The notes under the pieces were generated by a model. That model saw only the letters and a program-made list of their open reading frames with translations. It searched no databases and had not been told where the DNA came from. Made by a program: the position numbers and the translations under genes. DNA of 64,000 nucleotides, from NCBI GenBank assembly GCA_963806755.1, contig CAWDZR010000029.1, positions 282,780 through 346,779 on the forward strand, in the 5' to 3' direction. Below are positions 9,914 to 18,530 of this stretch, piece by piece (position 1 is the first letter of the stretch; each line of letters starts with the position of its first letter). This DNA comes from an uncultured Gemmatimonadales bacterium (lineage in GTDB: Bacteria > Gemmatimonadota > Gemmatimonadetes > Gemmatimonadales > JACORV01).

Positions 9914-11199
9914 GTGTGGCGCCGCAGGCGGTTGACGGTCTGGTGGAACAGGAGCAGCGATTCCGAATCCATCCGCAGCCGGCCGAACCCGGCGTCGTCC
10001 ACGAAGTACAGCGTGAGATTGTACTGGTCGTACTCCCACATGATCGTCCGACCGCGGCCGCGCTGGTCCGGGTGTTGTTCGATGTCCTGGTCCGGCGGTC
10101 CGAGGGTGATGTAAACCTCGCCGCGATCGGTGAGCCATCCCTCCGTGCCCTCGTCGCGGAACAGCTCGTTGGCCGCCGCCAGCCTCGCGAAGTACTGGTC
10201 GAGCGCCTCGTTCTCCGGGGTCGCCAGGTTAGGGTCGGTCTCGTGCCAGAAGCGGCGCCACGCCTCCGCCCGCTCCGCCGGCGCCGTGTGGGCGAGGGCC
10301 TTGAGCGTGTCGTCGGAGGTGAAGTAGCGCAGCAGCGACACCATCTCGTCGAAGTTCGCCACGATCCACTGGCCGGAGAACGACACCAGGAAGGGTGCCA
10401 TCGCGACGACGTCCCCTCCCGCCAGGCTCACGCGCATCTCCTGCCGGCCCAGGGAGAGGTGGGCCGGGGAAACGGCGAACACGATCGGCTTCAGCGCCCG
10501 CGCCGAATCCACGCGCAGCGAATCCGCCCATCCGACCTCCCCCGCGCTGTCGAGCACCGAGGCCACGACCGCGCTCCCCGCCGGCAGGCCGTACGTCTCC
10601 ACGTAGAAGCGCAGCGAGTCGGTTCCGAAGCCCACCGTGGAGCGCGGGTTGGCCACCAGGTCGGGCGGCGTGCCGAAGTCCGTGCGCGGGCTGGCGCTGT
10701 AGACCGCGATCGGCGTCGAGATGGCCGGCGGCTCGAGCTTCGGCACCGCGAAGACGCCCTCGTAGCGGCCGACGTTCGGGCCGTTGCGATCCCGGACGAC
10801 GATGGAGAGCTCGTAGGTCCCGGCCGGCATGGGAAGGAAGTCCTGGTAGATCACGCTCTCTTCCGCCCGCTGCGTCTCGGCGAACGTGCCGACCACCACC
10901 CGCTCGTCCTTCACGACCTGGCGCACCAGCAGCGTTCCCTGGCGGAACATCAGCTCCACGCGGTAGGCGGCGGCGAACCCGTTGGTGTCGCGCTGGAAGG
11001 CGAAGTAGCGGTTCTCCATGGACAGGGCGACCAACGCCAGCGCCGTGTCCGCCGTCCGGCCGGCGAGCAGCCGCGCATTGCCCACGAACGGGATGTTGCC
11101 CGCGCCCGTGATGAACCCCAGCGCCCGGTACACGACGGTGGGGTTGAACATCGCGGCGAGCTGCTGCGACGCCTGCGGCTGGACCTCGGGCGTCCCCAC
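9910..11199 (-). CDS. GWxTD domain-containing protein (probable lipoprotein; true start probably upstream, see findings)
   Basis: 429-aa track ORF; EGWLTDRGEVYITLGPPD = GWxTD signature; lipoprotein signal peptide encoded in frame upstream of the first canonical start. Confidence 0.8.
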   Translation of the reverse strand: MGTPEVQPQASQQLAAMFNPTVVYRALGFITGAGNIPFVGNARLLAGRTADTALALVALSMENRYFAFQRDTNGFAAAYRVELMFRQGTLLVRQVVKDERVVVGTFAETQRAEESVIYQDFLPMPAGTYELSIVVRDRNGPNVGRYEGVFAVPKLEPPAISTPIAVYSASPRTDFGTPPDLVANPRSTVGFGTDSLRFYVETYGLPAGSAVVASVLDSAGEVGWADSLRVDSARALKPIVFAVSPAHLSLGRQEMRVSLAGGDVVAMAPFLVSFSGQWIVANFDEMVSLLRYFTSDDTLKALAHTAPAERAEAWRRFWHETDPNLATPENEALDQYFARLAAANELFRDEGTEGWLTDRGEVYITLGPPDQDIEQHPDQRGRGRTIMWEYDQYNLTLYFVDDAGFGRLRMDSESLLLFHQTVNRLRRHT

Positions 11200-11405
11200 G
11201 CGCTGCCACGGACCGCACGCGCTGAGCGCCAGGAGCGTGGCGAGGGGGACGGGAACGAGACGGCGCGCGCTGGTGGACGTGGGAACCTCGGCGGGGAGGG
11301 AACGGGACTCTGGGCCAAGCTACGAGTAGCCGCCACGCGGAGTCAAGGCGGCACCGCGCTTCGACTTGCCGCCCCGCGGAGGGCCGGGTACATTGGCGCA
11401 TTCCG

Positions 11406-12317
11406 ATGCAACCCGAGGACCTCACCGGCACGACGGTCGCCAGCTATCAGCTGCTCGAACGCGTCGGCGAAGGGGGCACGGCGACGGTGTACCGCGCCCA
11501 GCACCCCTCGCGAGGCGTGTGCGCGGTGAAGATTTTGCGCGCCAAGCTGCGCGGCGACCGCACGGCGGTGCAGCGATTCCTGCGCGAGGCCGAGTACGGC
11601 GCCCGCGTCAGCCACGCCGGCGTCGTACAGACCTATGAGTTCGGCGAGGCGCCAGGCGGACTCCACTATCTCGCGCTCGAGTGGGCCGACGGCGAGATCC
11701 TGGCCAAGTTCGTGCGCCGCTCCGGCCCGGTGGCGATCCCCCTCGCCGCGAGCATCGTGCACCAGATCGCGGAGGCGCTCGGCGCGGCCCACGCGGCCGG
11801 CATCATCCATCGCGATCTCAAGCCCGAGAACATCATCTACGATCCGCGGACCCAGCGGGCACGGCTGCTCGATTTCGGCATCGCGCGCGACGCCGACCTC
11901 GCCCCGGCGGAGCGGCTGACCCGTACCGGCTTCTTCGTAGGCACGCTGCAGTACGTGGCCCCGGAAGCGCTTTCGGGCGAGCTCGTGGGGGAGGCCGCCG
12001 ACATCTACTCCCTCGCGACGATCGCCTATTTCCTGCTCACCACGCAGCTCCCCTACGTCGCGAAATCGCCGCGCGAGCTCTTCCATCAACTGCTGACTCA
12101 GCCCCCGGTCCCCCTGGGGCAGGCCCGCCGCGATCTCGTCTTTCCCCGCCCCGTCGAGGAGGCGGTCATGCACGGCCTGCATCGCGAGCCGCGCCGCCGG
12201 CCGCCGACCGTGATCGCGTTCGCCGACGAGCTGGCCGGCGCAGCCACGCAGCCGCTGGACGTGCCACGCGCCGGTCTGCTCGGATCCCTCAAGGGGCTGT
12301 TCGGGTCCCGCGGCTGA
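11406..12317 (+). CDS. serine/threonine protein kinase (catalytic domain only)
   Basis: 303-aa track ORF; GEGGTATVYRA (P-loop), AVK, HRDLKPENI, DFGIA, APE motifs. Confidence 0.85.
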   Translation: MQPEDLTGTTVASYQLLERVGEGGTATVYRAQHPSRGVCAVKILRAKLRGDRTAVQRFLREAEYGARVSHAGVVQTYEFGEAPGGLHYLALEWADGEILAKFVRRSGPVAIPLAASIVHQIAEALGAAHAAGIIHRDLKPENIIYDPRTQRARLLDFGIARDADLAPAERLTRTGFFVGTLQYVAPEALSGELVGEAADIYSLATIAYFLLTTQLPYVAKSPRELFHQLLTQPPVPLGQARRDLVFPRPVEEAVMHGLHREPRRRPPTVIAFADELAGAATQPLDVPRAGLLGSLKGLFGSRG

Positions 12318-12347
12318 GACCGTGACCTGGTCGGCGCGGCGCCGCCG

Positions 12348-12914
12348 GTGAGCCGGGACCTTGAGGATGCCCGGCGGCGGCTCGTCGTACTGCTGCGCTC
12401 CCGCTCCGTTCTGCACGGGGACTTCCTGCTGGCGTCCGGGCGCCGCTCACCCTACTACGTCGACTGCCGCCGTACTACCATGCACGCCCAGGGCCTGGTC
12501 CTTATCGGCGAGCTCGGCCTCGCGGCCATCCGCGCGGCGGGATGGAGCGCCCGGACGGTGGGCGGCCTGACGCTTGGCGCGGACCCGGTGGCCTATGCCA
12601 TCGCGCGAGCTTCGGCGGGCGACCCCGCGCCGCTGGACGCGTTCACCGTGCGCAAGTCGGCCAAGGCCCACGGGGCGCAACGGCGCATTGAGGGTTGCTT
12701 CGAGGCCGGCGTGGCCGCCGTGGTTGCCGAGGACGTCATCACGACCGGGGCGTCGGCGCTCGAGGCCGTCGCGCAGGTGCGCACGGCTGGCGGTACGGTC
12801 ACCGGCGTGCTGGCCGTGGTGGACCGCGAAGAAGGCGGCCGCGAGGCCCTCGAACGCGAAGGCCTCGCCGTGCGCACCCTGGTCACGATGCGCGAGCTGC
12901 TCGGCAACTCCTGA
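12348..12914 (+). CDS. pyrE: orotate phosphoribosyltransferase
   Basis: 188-aa track ORF; GDFLLASGRRSPYYVD and VVAEDVITTGAS PRPP-binding motif. Confidence 0.85.
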   Translation: MSRDLEDARRRLVVLLRSRSVLHGDFLLASGRRSPYYVDCRRTTMHAQGLVLIGELGLAAIRAAGWSARTVGGLTLGADPVAYAIARASAGDPAPLDAFTVRKSAKAHGAQRRIEGCFEAGVAAVVAEDVITTGASALEAVAQVRTAGGTVTGVLAVVDREEGGREALEREGLAVRTLVTMRELLGNS

Positions 12915-12917
12915 CCC

Positions 12918-12935
12918 GGCGCGCGGACGCGCGCC
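12918..12935. terminator. GC hairpin between convergent pyrE and AraC-type gene
   Basis: GGCGCGC-GGAC-GCGCGCC, 7-bp stem with 4-nt loop, read directly; no clear U-tract. Confidence 0.3.
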
Positions 12936-12974
12936 TCCCTGATCCAATCGACGCTTCACTCCAGGGCCGGCCGC

Positions 12975-13877
12975 TCACACCGTGGCCTGTCCGTGGTCCC
13001 CGGGCCGCGTTCCCAAAGGATGGAACGCGAGCAACCGGCCCCGATAGGGAGTGACGAATCGTTCCCGGAAGCGGGCCACCGCCGCCTCGAACGGGAGGCG
13101 GCGGCGGAATTCACCCGCCGTGACCCCGAGCAGCGCCCTGAGGTGCCGGCCGAAGCTCTGCGGCGACGAGTAGTCGAGACGGTTGGCGATGTCGGCGATC
13201 GAGAGCCCGCCGTTGCGGAACAGGTAGGCCGCGTGCAGCAGGCGCGCGTGCGCCAGGTACGTCTTGGGCGAAGGCAGATTGGTGCGGTAGAAGCGGGACA
13301 TCAGCGAGCTGGGCACCACCCGCAGGACGCGCGCGAGGCGCCGGACCGTCCGCAGCTCAGGCGCGCGCCGGACCACCACTTCGAAGAACAGCCGGCAATC
13401 CGGCGGCGCTCCGACGAGGTCGCGGTCGAGCTGTCCCATCACGCACGCGGAAACCGGCGAGCCGGGCTCGCGCAGCAGCTCGCGCAGGCGTCCCCACCCC
13501 GACGGCACCGACACGTCCACCACCGCGTGGACGCCCGAGGCCCCGAGGCTCAGCACCCGACGGGGTGCTTCGTGGTCCGGACGCGAGATGAGCGCGACGG
13601 CCGGCACCTGCGGGAACTCCCGGACGAACTGCGCGACGCGGGGAACCGCCGCGTCGTCGCACTGGTGCACCGACAGGAAGACGGCATCGACGGCGCGTCG
13701 CCGCACGTGGCGGATGGCCTCGTCGAGCGAATCCGCGTGGAGGGTGACGAAGCAGTCCTGCCCCGCCGCCTCCACGCGGGCGCGCTCGTCGGGCAGCAGC
13801 ACGGTGGCGACTGTGGCGGCTACGCTCATCCGAAGCTCCAGCTCGCGTCCGCGGGACACAGTACGAGCCAGGGTCAC
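12975..13877 (-). CDS. AraC-family transcriptional regulator with receiver-like N-terminal domain
   Basis: 300-aa track ORF; C-terminal HTH LSIADIANRLDYSSPQSFGRHLRALLGVTAGEFRR; an alternative start is ATG 13829. Confidence 0.75.
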   Translation of the reverse strand: MTLARTVSRGRELELRMSVAATVATVLLPDERARVEAAGQDCFVTLHADSLDEAIRHVRRRAVDAVFLSVHQCDDAAVPRVAQFVREFPQVPAVALISRPDHEAPRRVLSLGASGVHAVVDVSVPSGWGRLRELLREPGSPVSACVMGQLDRDLVGAPPDCRLFFEVVVRRAPELRTVRRLARVLRVVPSSLMSRFYRTNLPSPKTYLAHARLLHAAYLFRNGGLSIADIANRLDYSSPQSFGRHLRALLGVTAGEFRRRLPFEAAVARFRERFVTPYRGRLLAFHPLGTRPGDHGQATV

Positions 13878-13944
13878 CGTGCCGTCACCCGGACGCCTCC
13901 ACCGGCGCGGGGCGTTTGTCTGGCTCCGGCAACACGGGTATCTT

Positions 13945-14315
13945 GCAGTGCGGAGTGCGACGGTCGCAGGCCCTTGCGGGCCTGAGGAAAGTCCGAGCTC
14001 CTAGGGCAGGCTGCCAGGTAACGCCTGGGCGCCGCGAGGCGACGGAAGGGCAACAGAAAACACACCGCCTCGCCTGTGAGCGAGGTAAGGGTGAAATGGT
14101 GGGGTAAGAGCCCACCGCGCGTCTGGCAACAGACGCGGCACGGCAACCCCCAGCCGGAGCAAGGCCAAATAGGCGGCGAGGTCCGGCCCGGACCGACAAC
14201 GCCGGCAACGGCGAGCCGCGGGTAGGCCGCGCGAGGTGGCGGGCGACCGCCATCCCAGAGAGATGACCGTCCGACCTTCGGGTCGAACAGAACTCGGCTT
14301 ACGGCTCCGCCGACG
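13945..14315 (+). ncRNA. rnpB: RNase P RNA, bacterial type A
   Basis: Conserved blocks GAGGAAAGTCCGAGCTCC, GCCAGGTAACGCCTGGG, GGTAAGGGTGAAA, GGTAAGAGCCCACC, AGCAAGGCCAAATAGG, ACAGAACTCGGCTTA; P1 pairing GCGGAG (13950-13955) with CTCCGC (14305-14310). Ends approximate. Confidence 0.85.
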
Positions 14316-14424
14316 GCGCCGCGAGCGCCCCACGGGGAGGCTTGCGGCGCCGTCGTACGTCGAACCCGGCCGCATCCACGCGCGCCGGGACCACGCAGCA
14401 CCGATCGCCGAGGAGACGCCGCTC

Positions 14425-15291
14425 ATGACTCGCTTCCCCTGCATGCTCGCCGCATGCCTCACGGCCGCCGCCTGCGCCGGCCACGCGGCATCGCCCGCGG
14501 CGACCGCGCCCTCGCCTGCCGTGGCCCCGCGCCCCGCGACGCCGCCGGCACCGGTCCCGCTGCGCTACGCGCCGAACACGGGACACTACCGGTACGCTTC
14601 GCAATCGCACGTGGAGCAGGAGATGATGGGCCAGGTCAACGGCGCCGATCTCTCAACCGGCGTCTCCGTGACCGTGGCCATCGCCCCGACGGCGGGGAAC
14701 CTCGGCGTGGCCATCACCATCGATTCCCTGGCCATCAAGCTGCCTCCGGGCGTGCCTGCGCCTGATTCGGCCGAGCTGGCCTCCGCCCGCGGCGCCACGG
14801 TGCACCTCGTCACCTCGCCGACGGGCGAGCCCATCTCGCTCACGCCGCCGGAAAGCGTCAGCGCCACCATCCAGCAGATCGCGACGGGGTTCCGCGAGTT
14901 CCTCCCGATCCTGCCGCCCGGCGCCCCCGACTCCGGAAGCACCTGGTCTGACTCGTCCTCGACGACGGTGAGCTCCCAGGGCATCCCTCTCACCGTCCAC
15001 ACGACGCGCCAGCATCGCGTGGTCGGATGGGAAGACCACGCCGGCACCCGGGCGCTGCACCTGGCGACGACGTCGACCTACACCCTGTCGGGCTCGGGTG
15101 AGGCGCAGGGCCAGCAGATCGATCTCTCCGGCGGCGGGCAGCGCATGGCCGACGCCTTCGTGTCGGCGGCGGGCATCTACCTCGGAGGGACGCTCACGGA
15201 CAGCTCGCTCGTGAACGCCAACGTGGTGAGCGCCGGCATGGTCGTTCCGGTGCGGAGCAAGACCAGCATCACGTTCACCCGGCTGCCGTGA
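14425..15291 (+). CDS. hypothetical lipoprotein
   Basis: Internal ATG of track ORF 14236..15291 (whose upstream part overlaps rnpB); MTRFPCMLAACLTAAACAG signal with lipobox-like Cys; no family recognised. Confidence 0.55.
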   Translation: MTRFPCMLAACLTAAACAGHAASPAATAPSPAVAPRPATPPAPVPLRYAPNTGHYRYASQSHVEQEMMGQVNGADLSTGVSVTVAIAPTAGNLGVAITIDSLAIKLPPGVPAPDSAELASARGATVHLVTSPTGEPISLTPPESVSATIQQIATGFREFLPILPPGAPDSGSTWSDSSSTTVSSQGIPLTVHTTRQHRVVGWEDHAGTRALHLATTSTYTLSGSGEAQGQQIDLSGGGQRMADAFVSAAGIYLGGTLTDSSLVNANVVSAGMVVPVRSKTSITFTRLP

Positions 15292-16154
15292 GCCGGTCGA
15301 GGGTGCTGGCGCTGGCCGCCGCCTCGCTGCTGGTCGCGCGGGCGGCGGCGGCCCAGGTACCCCCGCCTCTGCCGGGGGCGAGCACGGGCGTCCCCGTGCC
15401 GATCCCGCCGGCACAGGCGGCGCGCTATCTCCTCACGACGGACGCGAGCGACGCCCGCGCCCTGTGGGTGGATCCCGCCGGCCTGGCGCGCCAGATGGAA
15501 GCGAGCCTCGGCGTGGAGATGGCGGCCGACCGGTTCGATTCGGGCGGCATGCAGCTGAGGCAATGGGGAGGGACCATCGCGAGCCACGGCGCCGCTGCGG
15601 GCTGGGTGCACGATCGCTACCCCAATGGCGCGTCGCTCAACATCTACGACATCGGTGTCGGGCTCGGCGACGAGCAGTTCTCCGCCGGCGCGGCGCATCG
15701 CTGGTATCGCGGCATCGTCACGGGCTCGGCGTGGGACGTGGGCTTTCGGTCCACCGTCTGGGAGGGCGCGGACGTCTCGCTGCTCGCCCGGAACATCGGA
15801 TCGCCGCGGTTGGGGGACACGACCTACTGGGCCACGCTGGTGCCCGGAGCGCTTGTCCGACTGTTCGGGGGTCGTCTCCAGGCAGGCGGCGAATGGGAGG
15901 TCGCCCCCCATGGCTGGCACTCGGTCGAGCTGCGCGCCGGCGGGGCCGTCGCCCTCGGCTGGGGACTCGGGCTCCTCGTGCGCGCGGATCTGGCGCCGGA
16001 CCTGAAGCGGCGCGGGTTCGCCATCGCGCTCGACTTTGAAGGCTCGCGCAGTCGGGCGACCGCCTTCGGCCTGCTGCCCGGCGGCGCCGGAGAATTCGAC
16101 GCGTTCGGCGGCTCGGCGGCGCTGGTCACGCGTTCCTCTTCGGGCGGCCGCTAA
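15288..16154 (+). CDS. hypothetical secreted protein, possible outer-membrane beta-barrel
   Basis: 288-aa track ORF; signal MSRSRVLALAAASLLVARAAAAQ; VDPAGLA motif and alternating Gly/aromatic pattern; GTGA overlap with the upstream gene. Confidence 0.5.
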   Translation: MSRSRVLALAAASLLVARAAAAQVPPPLPGASTGVPVPIPPAQAARYLLTTDASDARALWVDPAGLARQMEASLGVEMAADRFDSGGMQLRQWGGTIASHGAAAGWVHDRYPNGASLNIYDIGVGLGDEQFSAGAAHRWYRGIVTGSAWDVGFRSTVWEGADVSLLARNIGSPRLGDTTYWATLVPGALVRLFGGRLQAGGEWEVAPHGWHSVELRAGGAVALGWGLGLLVRADLAPDLKRRGFAIALDFEGSRSRATAFGLLPGGAGEFDAFGGSAALVTRSSSGGR

Positions 16155-16170
16155 GGCCGCGATTCCCGCC

Positions 16171-17184
16171 GTGCGCGCGCTTCGCCGCCTCGGCCTCGGC
16201 GCCGCGGTCCTCGTCGGCGCGGGCGTTCTGTGGCTGGGCTTCGTGTGGCCGCCGCCCTCGTGGTGGGCCACGCACTGGCCGGCCAACACTGCCTTCATGG
16301 CCCTGCGCGCGTCGCAATTCCGGTCGGCGCGGCGCGTCCCCCCCTTGGCGTACGACCCCGTGCCGTCCGACTCGATCAGCCCCTGGCTCCGGCGCGCCGC
16401 CGTCGCCAGCGAAGACGACGCGTTCTACCTCCATCACGGCCTGGACTATCGCGCCTTGCGGGAAGCACTGGGCTACCGGCTCGCCACGTTCTCGTGGAAC
16501 GACGGGAGAGACCGTGCCGAGCTCTGGCGGGCGATCCGCAACGCGTGGAGCCGCCGCAACAAGCTGCGCGGTGCCAGCACCATCACCCAGCAGCTCGCCA
16601 AGAATCTGTACCTCTCCCCGTCGCGCAATCCGTTGCGCAAGCTCAAGGAGGCCGCCATCGCGTACCGCCTCGAGTGGGCGCTGGACAAGGCGCGCATCCT
16701 CGACCTGTACCTCAACGTCGCGGAGTTCGGGCCCAATCTCTGGGGCGTGCAGGCCGCCAGCGAGCGGTACTACCACCAGGGCGCCCGGCGGCTCTCCCTC
16801 GAGCAGGCTGCGCTCCTGGTGGCGACGCTGCCCCATCCGCTCACGTCCAACCCCGTGTTTCGCCCGGGCCGCACGCGCTGGCGGCAGCAACTGATCCTGT
16901 TGAAGCTGGGCGGCGCACCCGTGACGATCCCGGCGGAGGCCCCGGAGGACACCGTGCCGGCAGCCCTCCCCCCGGGGGCCGATACCCTCCAGGCTCCCCC
17001 CCTGCCGGTGGAACCGGTCCTGCCAGCTAATTCGATGCCGGCGGATTCGACGCGCGCCGACACCCTGCGACCGCCGGGAACGGGGCCCGGAAGCGATTCG
17101 GCCGCCGCGCCCGGGAGGAACCCGGACCCGGCGGCCGCGCCGCCAGCACCGCCCCCGCCTTCGGGAGCGAGGCGTTCGCCCTAG
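16171..17184 (+). CDS. mtgA: monofunctional biosynthetic peptidoglycan transglycosylase
   Basis: EDDAFYLHHGLD, GASTITQQLAKNLYL, RILDLYLNVAEFG glycosyltransferase-51 motifs; GTG 16171 precedes the N-terminal TM anchor; Pro-rich C-terminal tail. Confidence 0.85.
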   Translation: MRALRRLGLGAAVLVGAGVLWLGFVWPPPSWWATHWPANTAFMALRASQFRSARRVPPLAYDPVPSDSISPWLRRAAVASEDDAFYLHHGLDYRALREALGYRLATFSWNDGRDRAELWRAIRNAWSRRNKLRGASTITQQLAKNLYLSPSRNPLRKLKEAAIAYRLEWALDKARILDLYLNVAEFGPNLWGVQAASERYYHQGARRLSLEQAALLVATLPHPLTSNPVFRPGRTRWRQQLILLKLGGAPVTIPAEAPEDTVPAALPPGADTLQAPPLPVEPVLPANSMPADSTRADTLRPPGTGPGSDSAAAPGRNPDPAAAPPAPPPPSGARRSP

Positions 17185-18293
17185 TCGATCAGCCGCAGGG
17201 GCATGACGAGGCAGACGAAGGCGGCGGGATCGTCCCAGCCCACCGGCTCCGCGGTCGCCGCCCGTTCCGGGGCCTTGAGGGTGAAGCGCACTTCGTCGGT
17301 CGGCATGTACTTCAGCAGCTCCAGCAGGTACGCCGCGTTGAAGCCGATCTCGAGCGCGTCGCCCTCGTACGTGACGGCCATCTCGTCCTGCGCTTCCCCG
17401 AGGTCCGGGGTCTGCACGCTGAACTTCAGCATCCCGCCGCCGAACGAGAGCCGAATCCGGTGCGTCTGATCGCTCGCGACGATGCTCATCCGTCGCAGCG
17501 CCGACGCCATCGCCACCCTGTCCACCGTGGCGAACTTGTCGTTCTCGCGGGGAATCACCTGCTCGTAGTTGGGATACGGCCCCTCGATCAGTCGCGTGTA
17601 CACCTGCGTGCCGATCCCGCGGAAGCCCAGGTGGTTCTCGCTCTTGCCGATCTCGACCTCGCCGTCCTCCGGGAACAGCCGCCGGATCTGCTCAAGCGCC
17701 TTGGGAGGTACGATCAGGTCGGCCTGGGAGGCGCTCGGGGCGGACAGCGGCACCTCCATCCGGGCCAGGCGGTGCCCGTTGGTGGCGACCATCCGCATCC
17801 GGTCCTTCCGCAGCTCCCACAGCACCCCGTTGAGGATCGGCCGGCTCTCCTCCGTCGAGACGGCGAAGGCGACGTGCCCGATGAGTTTGTGCAGGTCCTT
17901 GGCGGGCGCCTTCCAGGCGCCATCGAACTTCACCGACGGGAAGGACGGAAACTCGTCGCGCGGCAGGCCCAGGAGACGGAACTTGCTCTTGCCGCACTCG
18001 ACCTGGGCACGCTGTTCGCCGGCTGACGTAATCCGCACCGGCGAGCTCGGCAGCTCGCGGGCGATCTCCGAGAGCTTCTTGGCCGGCAGCGTCAGCGCCC
18101 CCTCTTCGTCCACCTCGGCGGGCACCGTCGTCGAGACCGCGATGTCGAGATCCGTTCCCGATAGGCGGATGCCGTCCTTCGTCGCCTCGATGAGGATGTT
18201 GGACAGCACCGGCAGGGTCGTCTTGGTCGGTATGCTCGACACGACGGCCAGAAGGCCTTCCTGAAGCTTCTCTCGTGTGATGGTGAACTTCAT
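17181..18293 (-). CDS. dnaN: DNA polymerase III beta sliding clamp
   Basis: 370-aa track ORF MKFTITREKLQEGLLAVVSSIPTKTTLPVLSNILIEA; located directly downstream of dnaA. Confidence 0.95.
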   Translation of the reverse strand: MKFTITREKLQEGLLAVVSSIPTKTTLPVLSNILIEATKDGIRLSGTDLDIAVSTTVPAEVDEEGALTLPAKKLSEIARELPSSPVRITSAGEQRAQVECGKSKFRLLGLPRDEFPSFPSVKFDGAWKAPAKDLHKLIGHVAFAVSTEESRPILNGVLWELRKDRMRMVATNGHRLARMEVPLSAPSASQADLIVPPKALEQIRRLFPEDGEVEIGKSENHLGFRGIGTQVYTRLIEGPYPNYEQVIPRENDKFATVDRVAMASALRRMSIVASDQTHRIRLSFGGGMLKFSVQTPDLGEAQDEMAVTYEGDALEIGFNAAYLLELLKYMPTDEVRFTLKAPERAATAEPVGWDDPAAFVCLVMPLRLID

Positions 18294-18530
18294 CCAATCC
18301 TCATTGGATGCGAGTCGTAAAGCCTACTGCCGTTCTATATAAGAAATACTAGTAGCAGTCGTAGAGCATGTGGAACTGTTTGTTTCGGCGCTAGGCCACG
18401 CCGCTGCATCGTGTTGACGCGTCGCGGCGGTGCGGGTGGATGTGGACGGAGCTCTGGCGCGTCGATAAACGGCGACAGTCGTCCACAGTTGCAAACACCA
18501 CCCCACAGACTCTCCCGGGGTTACCAACGT
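18294..18530. other. candidate oriC segment (dnaA-dnaN intergenic)
   Basis: AT-rich patch TTCTATATAAGAAATACTAGTAG (18333-18355), unusual in this GC-rich context. DnaA-box-like 9-mers TCGTCCACA (18479-18487), rc CCGTCCACA (18441-18449), rc AGTTCCACA (18369-18377). A further TTTTCCACA (rc of 19986-19994) lies upstream of dnaA. Confidence 0.5.

Noticed and set aside
11406-12317. Kinase-domain-only Ser/Thr kinase divergent from the GWxTD lipoprotein gene, considered as a novel signalling pair
   Set aside because: Stand-alone Hanks-type kinase domains are common. Nothing in the sequence links the two genes beyond adjacency.
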